A stretch of DNA of 41,220 bases, counting the filler, from Bigelowiella natans CCMP2755 (lineage: Eukaryota > Protista > Cercozoa): NCBI GenBank assembly GCA_000320545.1. It is 2 parts of 2 records of this genome, joined end to end, with 100 filler letters (N's around TTAATTAATTAA, not from the genome) between each part and the next. Parts side by side here need not be neighbours in the genome. Positions count along the whole stretch, not along the records: positions 1 to 17,675 come from ADNK01002098.1; positions 17,776 to 41,220 come from ADNK01001246.1. One strand, given 5' to 3'. Under the pieces are notes generated by a model, which worked only from the letters and a program-made list of their open reading frames with translations, was not told the DNA's origin and ran no database searches. Of the stretch, positions 13,030 to 35,938 are shown one piece after another (position 1 is the first letter of the stretch; each line of letters starts with the position of its first letter). Both the position numbers and the translations under genes were made by a program.

Positions 13030-13875
13030 ATGTAGTAGTAGCATTAGTAGGAGTGTTGTTAAGCTTCCATTGGTCTATTTATAATGTAGGTCTTGTGCGC
13101 TCAAATCGGCTTGGAGAGGCCCTCGGGGGATTTGCAGAGATGCAGCGTTTAAATATAACACCAAACGCTTTCACGTATAGTAGCATTATCTCTGGATTAG
13201 CAGAGAGGAAGGAGTGGCAACGAGCAGGTAAATATGGCCAACTCATTGTTACTTCCCCCCCCCCTGTTGTCGGTGACACACGATAATAATGCTGCTACTA
13301 CTGTTTGGTATTGGCCAATTCCGTGGGGATCATTACTTACTCACCAACCAACAAACCACCGCCTTACAGGAGAGCTCTTCATGCTCATGCGTCGAGATAA
13401 TGTGATTCCGGATATGGTTTTCTTCAACTCCATCATTGCTGCATGTGCTCGGTCAAATCAGCTAGGGAAGGCCCTTGAGTAAGGACAAAAAGGAGAAGGG
13501 AGGGGGAGGGGGAAGAGGAGAAAGAAAAAGAACAAAACGGATAATGAATTCTGACAACGACACACTAACTCAATACACACAAGCACACACACACAAATAC
13601 CTTTTTAGTGATTAGTCGATATCATCATATGAGACTGAATAAGTGATGATACAGCATTGATGATGAGCGACTGATGGCAGGTATTATGCATTGATGAGAG
13701 AAACAGAGCATCCTCCAGGAGTCCATGTGTTCTCTTCGCTGATAATTGCATGCTCAAGGGCAGAGGACCCTGATACTGCCGTGACAGTGTTTAAGGAAAT
13801 GCAAAAGGCTAAAGTCAAGGGCGATAAGGTCGTCGTAGTACTATGGGATTGGATTGTTGTGGAGGAGTAGGAAAG

Positions 13876-13914
<39 letters not shown>

Positions 13915-15058
13915 AGAGAGACTTGTTTGTTGATATTGAATGAATTGGGTGTTGTTATTGTTGGTCCGATCAGGTTGTTTACAATTCCTACATCGCTGCC
14001 CTCGGAACAGGAGGAAATGTCGCAGCGGCACGCAAGGCCTTCAATGAAATGAAAGCAGAAAACATCGATCCTGACATTGTTACGTATAATTCGCTTATGC
14101 GAGCATACACTAGAAACATGGATGTGGAGGGGGCATTTGAGGTGATTATTCTATCTTACTCGACACGTTCATTGTACTGGCTTGTGTCGCCTATAAGTGC
14201 TAATTATTAACTCTCTACAATCCTATCTCACTGCTACTGCTTGTGCTACTGCTAGGTCCTTGATGAATTGGTGGAGAACAACTTGTCCCCGGATATCTTC
14301 ACGTACAACGTAAGTATGAGTCATTCTTTGCATGTGGTGTTGTTGTTTCAAACAATGGTTGTTAAAGTGGGGAATATAGCTGACGATTTAAAGAATGAAA
14401 AGTAGCAAATAGAGAGGAGTAGTGTATTGGTGGTGCTAAATCATTATGATGATGATGATGATGTTGGTTCAATTGTAGACGATGTTGTCGGCGTGCATCG
14501 AATCTGGAGATGAAGGGGCGGCCGGGGAGATAATGGCAATGATGCGTAATGGCAAGAAAGGGGGGGAAGGGGGGAACAGCAGTTCCGCAGTAGCTGTCAC
14601 ACCAGATTCTTTAACGTAAGCATCTTTCGGCAATATCATTATGATATATCAACATTGATATAGTACCGATGTAGTACCGGCATTCTTCATTTCTTGGTGG
14701 TGGTGGTGGTGGTGGTTATGAATAAGAAAACAAAAGAAAAAGTTTTCTCAGGCCGATGATAGCGAGTTACGACTACTACTACCTACTACTACCACTACTA
14801 CTATCAGTTATATGAGTGGTGAAATCATGCTACCATGCTTTTCTGCCTTCTATAACACGACTTTTCCACCAGATATCAAACACTGATCAAGATCTACTTC
14901 AACGCTGGCCAGCAACATCGTGCGGTATTATTCCCGTGTTCCCCCCCCTTATCGATGGTTTTCTCCTCCTCCTTGATAAGTATTAAATGCCGTACTACTG
15001 TGGGCTTTTTGTTTCCGATTTCGTCTAAATGCAAGTGAATATACTTATATATATCGTT

Positions 15059-15115
<57 letters not shown>

Positions 15116-15556
15116 TCTCCCCCGCCCTCTCGCCTCCTCTCTTCTCTTTTTCTTGCCGTTGCATGTGGTGGTGGTGGTGGTGGTGGTGTTAGGTAAATCT
15201 GGTAAGATACTTGAGTAGAAGCGGCAAACGCCCTGACCGAGCCATTTACAACACTCTTCTCACTGGGATAGCTAAGACAGCAATGGGGCGTCATCTGCTA
15301 GCCATCAAGTACTACTCACTCATCATCGTATAAATGATAATAATAATAGCGACAAAAATAGAGATATCGGTTCCTCTGTTTGCTCATCCATCGTTCGTGT
15401 TTTGTACGTGAGTGTTTTATCGTATTCTTCAGATTTTTAGACGAGATGGTTGATGCAGGGATAAAGCCTGATGAAACAAGTACCATTCGCATATACTACT
15501 TCTACTACTACTACAACTACATCATCATCATTTACTGCCACAACAGATATTACTTG

Positions 15557-15595
<39 letters not shown>

Positions 15596-16569
15596 CACCA
15601 CCATCATTCAGCAGCATTTTTATCATAGCAACCTTAATCAATGCATCGATTCATTCCTACACGGCAATTCCCCCTTCCCCCCCCCCCCCCCCTCTCCCTC
15701 CACAACAAGGTTTCAACACCGTCATAGATAGTTGCGCCAGGGCAGGAGATTCTGCTCGTGCCAAGGAAATCGTAGAGAAGATGGAGGAGTTCAGCTTAAC
15801 GCCAAACACCATATCCTACACATCTCTCATGAGAGCGTAATAACAATAATAATAATAATAATAATAACGTAAATTAACAACCGTACCTCTGAAATCAGCG
15901 GTGCCTTTCTACGTTGTTTTTTGAATGTCTTGTTGTGGATAAAAAATGATGATGATGATGATGATCTATATACCGATAATGTACATGCCATCGGGGAAAA
16001 AAAGAGTGATAGATATGCGGTGTCTAGATACCGATAATGTACATGTCATCGGGAAAAAAAAGAGTGATAGATATGCGGTGGAGCTCGCTCCTCTTTGTTT
16101 ACTATTTGCCACTATATACATATGACTATTGCTATTACTCACTCTCAGCTACAAAGCACAAGGAGATGTTCAAGGCGTTAAGAGCGTGTTGGAAAGAATG
16201 GATGAGAGAGGTCATAACATACATACCTGCATAGCAATCAATCAACATCAGTATTTTGTGTGCTTCCCTCCTCTGGTCCCTTTTCTTTTGGTTCTTTTGG
16301 TCTCTCCCCTCCTTGCTAAGCAGGCATGACTCCAGACCTTACAACATACACTGTAGCGTTATCGATATGTGCAGTTGCTAGCAACTTAAAGGAAGCTATA
16401 TCTCTGCTACGAGACATGAATCGTCGCGGATTAGAAGCTAACACGTACTACTACTACTACTACCACTACTACAAAATGAATATCCTTCAATGCATAACAA
16501 TAATGGTGTTTGGTTGTCTTATGGGAGCTTGGCAGAGATTCTGCATGCATGCATATTCCATTGTGTGCT

Positions 16570-16602
<33 letters not shown>

Positions 16603-16830
16603 CTGATAAGCATGGCTTTGTAACGACGGTAACACAAGAAAAGACGATGATGACTTTGAGCTATAAGATAGTATTAGTAGTAGTAGTAGTGGTAAAGCCG
16701 GTTAAGGAGGATCATCTTATTGATGGAAATCTCAAGATACCCCCACATGAACCTCCTCCTCTTCCTCTTCTTCCTCCTCTTCCTCCTCCTCCTCCTCCTC
16801 CTGCCGCTGCTGTCGCTGCTGCTGCTCACT

Positions 16831-16868
<38 letters not shown>

Positions 16869-17775
16869 GATTTCTCGCCTTTCTTCTTCTCAGGTTTATA
16901 TATAACGTGTTTCTTTCCGTGTGTGCAAAGAGCGGGAGATGGCAGTTGGGTAGTATTGATAGGAACGATGATCATGCATGATTGATGATGATGTCGAACA
17001 TACATATTTATATCATTCAACGCTCTTACATATATTCTCTCTGCTCTCTTCAACTCGCACCACACACTCCTCCTCCTCCTCCTCCTCCTCCTTCTCCTCC
17101 CCCTTATCACATCTGACGTAACCATCCGCCTATAATACAGGTCTTGAAAGTTTCTCCCGCATGAGGAGAGAAGGTGTTAGCCCTGACCTACCAACATACG
17201 ATGTTCTCATTCGTATGTGCAATCAGGTGAAGAATATTCATTCCGAAAACAGGGGGGGAGGGGGGGGGGGGGGGGGGCGTAAAGAAAAAGTACACCACCA
17301 AGTAACCTTGAAGCCAAACGGTTACCGACCCTCGATGGATTGCTCAAGAAACCCCTGGAAGGACTTTGGGGGGAGAATGGGGAGCGGATCGGAGTATGAG
17401 GAGAAGACTATGAAGGTACTTTCTGAGTAATAGCTTGACACTTGGGAGGGGTCGGAGATGCGTCTTATCTGGCTGTTGTCATCGTAGTATTCATAAGCTA
17501 CTCCTCTGTCACCGCACTCTTCAGGAGGTGATTTGCTGGCCATCTCGGGGCTGCTATGATGTCCCCCTTATTCACCCCCTTCGTCTGTCTTTGGCCTACA
17601 TATGTCGTTTAGCGATCTGCCTGCTCATTCGACTGATCGCCATCAAGCTCATTTAGAATGGGCATAAATCATCCCNNNNNNNNNNNNNNNNNNNNNNNNN
17701 NNNNNNNNNNNNNNNNNNNTTAATTAATTAANNNNNNNNNNNNNNNNNNNNNNNNNNNNNNNNNNNNNNNNNNNN

Positions 17776-17811
<36 letters not shown>

Positions 17812-18583
17812 GTATATACTTAATTAAAAGAAATATCTTGACACAAACTAGAGGTATAATAAATGTTTAAAAATGATCCACACAGTTTGGGATGTGTTTA
17901 TGTTTTTACGCTGTATCATTTGCTTTGATAGTGTGGAAGGTATCGTGGGTATGGAAACATTCAACACCTTCTTGGAGAACGTACTCTTCCATTTTGGCGC
18001 TTCAGATGCACAGCCAATCTTAGAAAAGATGGAAGAGCTCGGGTTTCACCCAGATAGACGAACGTACGAGGCTTTAATTGAGTATTACTCAAAGGCCTCT
18101 GATTTCGTGTCTTTATGGGAGGTATTTTTGACGTCTGTGGAGAGCAAGATAACCTTGGCAGAGAGCGCATACCTCACGGTTGCCCGTGGTGCACTCGAGG
18201 CAGGAGATGGTGATGACAAGGTCAGCACTATTCTAGATGCAATGAAGGCGCTTGGCATTCCAAGGGGGGTTGAAATCTACAGGGAAGCCATTTCCCTGTA
18301 TGCCGCACAGAAGAATGGCCGGGCTCTCGAATCTGTGCTTGATGATCTCCTTGACCAATGGATTTTGGTGAAAGGAGGGCCGGATATATTTGTATCTAAC
18401 CAATCAGTGAATGATTCCCACAAAGAGCCAATTCAGCCTCTTGCTTCCACCCTTTTGGAAGCGCTTGGAGTAAATGGAAGATACGTTGCAGCTCAAAAAG
18501 TGATAAAAGAACTCGAAGATTGCCCCGAGGCTCGTAATGATCTATTTACCTTTGCTTTGATGTCAGCCTTTCGTCATCCCTAG
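9832..18583 (+). CDS. P-class pentatricopeptide repeat (PPR) protein, at least 17 complete motifs before the gap, with a putative bipartite targeting leader; 3' end uncertain
   Basis: About 20 exons splice into 35-aa motifs such as AISFSALIDGLVRSNRLGEALGGFAEMQRLNITPN, KVVYNSYIAALGTGGNVAAARKAFNEMKAENIDPD and IVTYNSLMRAYTRNMDVEGAFEVLDELVENNLSPD. The post-gap ORF has degenerate motifs (KMEELGFHPDRRTYEALIEYY). The N-terminus is MEYSRIRKRWRSSCIIFLSTSLLLLGLD. Continuity across the gap is assumed. Confidence 0.9.
15970..16080 (+). repeat. 58-bp intronic tandem duplication
   Basis: ATACCGATAATGTACATG(C/T)CATCGGG(G/A)AAAAAAAGAGTGATAGATATGCGGTG starts at 15970 and again at 16028. Confidence 0.9.
17676..17775. 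other. Assembly gap (44 N + TTAATTAATTAA linker + 44 N)
   Basis: 100-bp N block with a centred six-frame-stop linker at 17720-17731, which is an artificial spacer. Confidence 0.97.
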
Positions 18584-18863
18584 AATTTGGTTGAATCGGT
18601 CTACTAGTGGATGGTGTCTGTATTTTAGGAGTGTGTTGACATTGTAAATTGTGAGCCTCTAGATCTAGTAGAGAGTCTACGAGTGTGTACGTGATGTTGC
18701 AACGTGGACATAGACGACTCACTTCTCGCGCCCACAGCGGCACATGGCGCTACAGCATCGCATGCGCGCAATCCACTCTGCTAGTCTGAGCAATGCACTG
18801 GCAGGTGCGATTCGCTTCGGCGAGGATGATCTAGCGATGGCGGCCACATCCGTTGTCGCATGC

Positions 18864-18964
18864 AAGACGGACGTAGCGTGATGAATCAAATCAAATTTGT
18901 TCAATGTGGTCATCCTCATGTAGCTGTGCAATGCAACGGCTACAGCGCTAATGTTGAATCTGTT
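18864..18964 (+). repeat. Diverged copy 2 of the dispersed repeat
   Basis: TCAAATTTGTTCAATGTGGTCATCCTCATGTAGCTGTGCAATGCAACGGCTACAGCGCT aligns with 271-327. Confidence 0.85.
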
Positions 18965-19652
18965 GGTCTTCGCTATAATGTGTTTCACACACTCAAATGC
19001 ATGTTGTTTCGGTCTTGAATGGCGCGCATCTCGTGCAGCAGTACGTGTTTCCTTCTCATGTGTTTACTCACAAAAATCGACGTGTTGCGTCTTGCTCGTA
19101 ATGCATGAAATAGTTACCACTAGACCACGCCTCATAACGTGAAATTGTGCCATTCATCGTGAAGGAAATGAAAACAAGAATTTGTTAAAGGGACTGACGT
19201 CTTACACTAGACACACATGCATCCCGCCCTCTAGCCCTTGCAAGCTCACGCAACGCAAGGCCTTCACACGGAGGCTACTTCACACGTCTTTCATCATGAT
19301 TTTATTGGTAAAGACGAATAGAACTAAATCCTGTAATGAAAAGACTTAGCGATTGTGGAAAATTATTGTGCCGAGTCTGTCGAATGTGCGACAAATCGTC
19401 ACCAGATAAAAGAGAAATCAGATCACATTTACATTGCGCATATATCACTTAATTTTCCGAATGGGCTTGCATGTCCAAGACACCTGGCTCATCCAACTGC
19501 AAGAACGATTCGTCCCACATCGCCGCAGGAACCTATAACGTACATAACGATCCCCCCAACAATGCACACAGCCACACAAACTTTCAAATGAACACAAATT
19601 GGCTGTGAAATCGTTCCATTCAACAGTTACAACCATACCAAACCAAACACAA

Positions 19653-19688
<36 letters not shown>

Positions 19689-20083
19689 CGTATCTGTCTG
19701 CTGCCCTGATGTGAGTGAATGCATGTCTGTGTCTATGTATTATCTTTTGGTATGCTCAACAACAGAATTATCAAATTATTGTCTCCAGTAACAACTTGTG
19801 CATGCATTTTCGTGAGCTTCTTAGTTCATGCGGACCATTTGATGACTGACTAACTGAGTGACAGAGCTCTAAAAATATACATGATGATGATGATGATGAT
19901 GATTACCGACCTCCATTAGAACGAATGCTACTGTGAGAATGAACCCCGCCCAAAGCAATACGTCGATCATATATACCTTAAAAATATGACAAACATCATC
20001 ATCACTATCCAAAACAATGAAGACACCGCCATCACACGCAGTAACATGTAGGAGTCTCTCATAGAGTCAATAGTGCCTCATCC

Positions 20084-29747
<9,664 letters not shown>

Positions 29748-30285
29748 GGAGGGCGGGCGAATAGTTCGCCAGCTCAGCAAGAGCACGTCATTCCTTGTTC
29801 CTTTCTTTCGTGCTCATGTACATGTATATGTTGTCGCATGTCAGATATGACCGAATAACCCACACATACAAAGGCCATTTAATATCTGCGACAACACCAA
29901 AGCCCTCCCTCAGAATGACGGACGGACCCAAGAAAGATCATTTCGGATGCATGTGGTAGCCTGTGATGACAAGAAGAAGTTGGAAAGAAAGGCTCTCCCC
30001 AATCGTTGGTTTTAGCGGAGGAGAGTGCAAGGAGCACTTGCTCGTGGAGAGACGCCCCACTTTCGCTTGAGGGAAGCGAGAAAGAGCTGGCGAAATCTAG
30101 CTCTAGAGCCAATTGCATCTATGAAATCGGTCACTCATAGAAGAAAGATTCTCGTTATTCAACTCGTCGTCGTGGCCACGTTGTTAGCTTTGAATAACAT
30201 GCAAACGCGGAAAACGGAATCCAGGTAAAATTTGATGCACCACCACCATATACGTACGTGTGGAGGTGGACTCATGTAGTACCTG

Positions 30286-33200
30286 ATGCTCAGATTGGCC
30301 ACGCATAGTTCACCACCACCTCACAGAAATTGCCCAGCCACGAATTCGGAGAGAATCGATTTGAAACGGTGAAGACATATACAAGATAAAACAATCGAAC
30401 GAGCAGCATGAGAAATTGCTGTATGTCTGTAGCGGCAAGACTTTGCTAATCGGGAAAATGCTGCAAAAACTCTTCTGCCCGAAGATGCCTACTGAGGATT
30501 TGCTTCATCGGAAAAAGTTAACATCATTACTAGTAAGGCTAGTATATTGATCTGACCCTCAGTCTATGTATGGGCAGGGAAAATGAGACGAGTAGTTGGC
30601 AGTTCATCTCCGCATGGCGACTGTTGTGGGCGAAACAACACTATCGCAACGACTCGAAGGTGAATAATGTGATGCCACCTTTGAATTCTCCAGCGTTACC
30701 ATACTCATTATAAATCATCAGGTTATTCTTCATGATAAAGCAGGAATGCAGAAAATTGAAGCTGGTGGAGGGGGGGGAGTAAGTGGAGGGCTCACAGAAA
30801 GTAAAGCTGCATTGTGGGTAAAGAGCCTGTTTGATCTCTTTCATCGCTTAGTTGTGTGACTTGTTTCGTGATGACAGGTTGAAGCAGAGACATGCCTTCT
30901 TTCTGGAGAAATGTTCGTTCGGCACTTACTTTATGGTCGAAACATGCGAATTCCTGTCAAAAAGCAAGCTTATTTTGCCTTCGATTGACAGAGGGCAGCT
31001 TACTTACTCACAGCATTGTTCTGGTTCTACAGACCTTCGAGCTATACGAGAGGAGCTGTCGATAAGGTGGTGCTCCACTTATGATTTCAATTCTCAATTT
31101 TATCTCATACGAACGGGGGTCTTAAGCTAAGCAAGAACATATCTTTTCAGACCGCAACAAGTGGTTTTAACTTCTTCTCTCGGGTATGCATTTATCTATA
31201 CATGCATGTGTGTTTAAGATATATCGATTCGCTTCTTCGATTGAGGAGCAGTTTCAGTAAGGAGTACTAAGAAGTTTGAAACCATGAAGGTACTCCGCCC
31301 ATTGTGTCAATCTGCTGAAATCGTTGGGCATGCGATCTGTCTATCTTGATTCACAACCATCGACTGTTCTGGACGAACAAGCACAGCAGAGACGAAGCAT
31401 GTACTCTGCCCCTTCTCATTTTGACTGGCTGGTACGTCTTAACTTCTTCCAAACGTCAATGCCCCCCCCCCCCCCCCCCCGTGACTGCGTTGCATGTATT
31501 TTGATTCATATTATATGGTCAGGGGCAGGATGGAATTAGCAGCTTACCGACTACCTTTCGATGCTCCTCGCTCCATAGAAATCTCTACGACAGCAGCGAT
31601 GGGCCGAACCAGAGAACAAAGAGGAAATGGCTCGGGGAAATGTAGTACAATAATTTCCTTATGACAAGCGGTGAGTTTGTAGTATTAGTAATTATTTTTG
31701 GTAGACTTCTCCCAAGGACTACCGAGATTTTGAAGTATGAGGTAATAAGATATGTTTCTTCCTCCGTGTTTCCTTAACCTTTTTCTCATTCTGCATCTCT
31801 TCTGTTTTGATATGTTGCTCCTCTTTGGTCTTACCAAGCGACTCGACCGCTTTTTCCCCTCTTAAATATGCAACTTGATTGTCCTGTTTGGATTGTGTTA
31901 TGGCATTTTATGGTCTTCTTCAAGAATTATGCTAGAGATTCGCGAATATCTTGTCAGCAGGTATGCAATACTTACCCTTTTCCTCCATTTATTTGTATTA
32001 CAATAATGACTGAATTGTGTGTTACTTACCGTGGCAGGAAAACATAGAAGCTTCGCTTCACTGCATCGAACTTCTTGTGGTAAGTTTGATGATGATTGAA
32101 ACAAACAGGGTGAATGAAAAAACAATCTTATGAATATATGTCATCAGGCATGGTTGGATCTACGTGGAATGCCTGGTTTGAAATCTATGAAGAGGTTTCA
32201 GAATATCTCTCAAACCTTCGTTGATTCCATATGGAAATGGTAATAACGGATACAAATAATTACAAATAATACTCTAACCTTCGTTTTCTTCTCCGTTCTC
32301 TCAGGTATTTATTGAACAGTCACCTTTTTTCTGAACGCGGACTTCATGATCCTCCAGAAGGAGGAGGAGGAAGAGGGGGAGGAAGCGACGACTCGTCCTG
32401 CTACCTGATGTACCTCAACAATGTATCCAATGCCCTTGCCCAATTCGAGGAGCAGTTGGTGCACTTTGCTGAACCACTGATTGTGGTCGGACTATCGCCC
32501 ACTGAGGATGCCGAGGAGGATACTGCTGCTGTGCACATGCTGGGTCATTCCTTGAGACAAAAGCTGCTTGCTGATGTTCTACATGTTTCAAAGCGTGAAG
32601 TTCTTCTGTGTTGAAAATAATATCAAAGATTCTAGAATATGCATGTGTTTTTTGGAGAGAGAAACGTCACCCTCAAACTACAGTGTCTGCGTCTTTGTCA
32701 CTAGAATTGCGACCTTTAGTCATGAGGTGCTGTTTGCATCTGTTGTCTTCCAACACTACCATTATCGTATTGCATTTTAAATTAATATAGACAAGTCACG
32801 GTACTGGGCAGATATCACAGAAAGTAGCGAATCTCTAAGCTTTGAGGTTGTCTTCTAATTTCCTTGCTCTCTTGCCAAAATTCGAACCAGAACTGTTTGT
32901 GATCTGAGCAGAGCATGGCTAAGAATGGCACCACAGAAACAAGCTTACTACAATCACCATCCGTACAGAGAGGTGATATATTAAATTGTCTTGCAACGAA
33001 CACGGAAACAACATCGAAATACTATTCTACGTGGAATGTAAAACGAGTAGTAGTAGAGGTCAGTGAGGTGTTCACTATTCTCCTTCTTCCTCTCTGTCCC
33101 ACAATACGGTTGGTGGTGGTGGTGATGGTGGTGGTGGTGGTGGGACAACAAGGACTCATTGCAGATGATCGCAAGTCCCGAAACGGTGCTGCGGCTACGT

Positions 33201-35565
33201 GGCAGAAGCGCATCATAATCAGTATGCACTGATGATATTCTAAATATTGTGTCGATTTGTCATCAGATGTAGTGGCCGTTGGCGAGGAGGGGGAAGAAGA
33301 AAAAGAAGAAGAAGAAGAAGAAGAAACCTTGCGACATAGACGTCATGAGAGGAAGCGCTTGCAGCGAAAGGTAGAGCTCTCCCGTTACTCCTCCGCCTTC
33401 TTCCCCTCTTCGACAAATGGGAGAGGAGGAGGAGGAGGAGGAGGGGAAGGAAGAGGGGTCCGAAATAACAATGTCAGCACGAAGTATGTCGGCCCATTGC
33501 TCTTCTTCAATCTTGCCGGGTGGCGACGCCTGGAGGTCTTGGAGCTGCCTCACGGTTTTGCAGCTTCGAATTCGAGTTTGATGCACAAAGAAATGCACCA
33601 CCCTAAGGAGTGGAGGCAAGCCTCATATCGAAATCGAGAGCTCGCAATATGCGATGTTCCAGCGTACGGATATTGTATTGGCGGGGGGATCAGCTCTGCC
33701 TCTGCAGCAATTCCTCCAGGGGGATGCCAACCTGCTACAGTAGAAAAGAGAACCAGAAAGGTTAGCAGATCCACGCGACAACAGCCGCTTCCGAAGAATG
33801 GTGGTCATGATGATGTAGGCTGGATTGGCGATAAAAATGATATTAACGACGCGGAGGGAGCTGCAGCTTGTGCTGAAGAAATGATCGCTAAGGGCGGGTA
33901 TGTTCTCAAAAACGGTGAGTTGGTCGCAGTGATCAATCCAGATGCTACGATCCACAGACTCTACCTGCTTAATAGACGCCGTTGTATTTCGGTCAAAGAC
34001 CAGGCAAATATATGGAGGAGGAGGAGGAGGAGGAGGAGCAAGAGTATGGGAAGGGGGATTGATGATACAAACCATGACAACAATGATGACGATGATGCTG
34101 AGGATGATCGTGCCGCGTATGAGCGCGTTCCTGCGTATTCCTTGCAAGTTGTTGAAGACGGTCCATTGCGCGCGGGTTTGCTTGCACGCTATTCCGTTGG
34201 GGGCTTGGCTATCAAATGCTACATTTTCCTATCCGCGGGAAGTAGCCGGCTCGAGTTCCAGGTGGAAATGAACCGCGTTCCAGCCGTGCCCAACGATATT
34301 GACAATGACGACGACCAGGAAATAGACGAAGAAGAAGATTTGGTGGTGGATATCGGTGTTGATATCTCCCCTGGCACCTCGCAAAGAGTTCGGACTGACT
34401 GTGGGAACGGATGGATCCAACGAGAAGGAGGAGGAGGAGGAGCAGGATGTACCGTCAGCTCTCCTTCTGCGAAGGACTGGCAAGGCCGGCTTCCTCTTCG
34501 ATGGATCGAGCTTTCTGATCCTGATATTGGAATGGTAACGTATAATACTACTATATGAAAGTTGTACACGATGATCGAAAGGATGTTATGGGAACGATTG
34601 AGTTTAAATGTTATGTGGTGTTGTAGCAATAATATTGTTATCATTCTTATCTTAAGGTAATTGCAAACAACGCAAAGAGATGCTACTCTGTCCCTGCAGC
34701 TGGCATTGCCAGGCTGCATCTGTTTGGATGCAACCGTAATTTAGTTCCACGACAACAACCAAGACGAAATAAATTACGACGGCCGTCATTATTGCCATCG
34801 ATTCCAATGAGCTTGAGGTACACGTTAGCTGCTACTGATCTGATTCGGCCAGAATTAAGTCTGAGGGATGCCGTAGACCTACTACGTCCCATCAAAATAT
34901 ATTCAGGGCACTGTAGGGAATTATCGAGGCATGCGATCAAATCAACCCGTTGTGCAACGTCGATGGTAAGCTGCCAGCCTTCAGGCGTGGTTCTCGATAC
35001 TGTGAAGCTACGAACGACGCGCCCCAGCCACTTATTTGAAGCAAATCATGATCACGCCGATGGAATAAGGTTCAGAGAAAATGATGAACTCTGGAAACGT
35101 AACACAGAAACAAAACTTATAATCCGTGTGCATGAAGCTGCCGGATCAAATGGAAGAGCAGTAATAATCGTTGACGAGAGGTATGCCATTATAAATCGAG
35201 CTGAGTTCTGCGATGTGCTCGAGACACCTCTGAATAGGAAAAAACCAAGAATAAGACGTATCCATCATGGCACTGAAATTCGATTCAACATCCAAGCCTT
35301 TGAAACGGCTACTTTGGTCCTCTGGTCTGATGACACTCAAATTCGCTGGCTGGACGACGATGAGGAGGTGGTGGAAGCACAGGCCACTTTCTCTGCTCCG
35401 AGCGATGCTTACATTACAGACTTAGAAGAACCCACTGACAGTTTCAGTGAAAGCTCTGAAAACACTGATGGAGTCCCTTGGGAACCGTTGTCTGAGGTTC
35501 CAGAGAAAAGTCTGGTGTTTGACCCTGCAAATGCGAAACGAAGTTACTTAGGCTGCGGGGGCTAA
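30286..35565 (+). CDS. Divergent GH38 alpha-mannosidase-like protein (cytosolic MAN2C1/Ams1 type), probably catalytically inactive; start approximate
   Basis: GH38 motifs occur in order: W|VEAETCLLSGEMFVRHLLYG|Q, VVLTSSLG|YSAHCVNLLKSLGMR, SHFDWL|GQDG, IWKWYLLNSH, FNLAGWRRLEV, DVPAYGY, LKNGELVAVI, VVEDGPLRA, LSAGSSRLEF, WIELSD, VVLDTVK, LIIRVHEAAG, CDVLE and FETATL. Confidence 0.85.
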
Positions 35566-35938
35566 GCATGCACAGTTCACGACAACATATTGGAACTCGG
35601 TATGAATTGCGCATATATCTAGACTGAAAACGCCTATTGTTTAATTGTGCACGCCAGTCGTACACAGCGTACGCTGTATATATAGCTGTTGCCTGTGGAT
35701 TGCATACAGACTGAATGGACTGGAATATCTTAGCAGTAGAAGCAGTAGAAGCGACGGCATTGCATCATCACATTCTGACTAGTTCTGATGCCATGATTAT
35801 GACCGAGTTTGTGTGCAGCTATAGACAGCAATATGAGCTAGTTTTACGGCACACTGCACGTGGCGTGTATGTTCAACACTTTATATGCGCTATACGTGTC
35901 TTCAAGCAGACTAATTGTGTGCACATCAGCCTGCAAGC

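Noticed and set aside
17720-17731. TTAATTAATTAA palindrome
   Set aside because: Artificial linker centred in a 100-bp N gap.
31019-31048. FWFYRPSSYT as the GH38 nucleophile motif
   Set aside because: It is in the wrong frame. The YGQLTYSQH frame splices consistently to VVLTSSLG|YSAH, which fits the family motif better.
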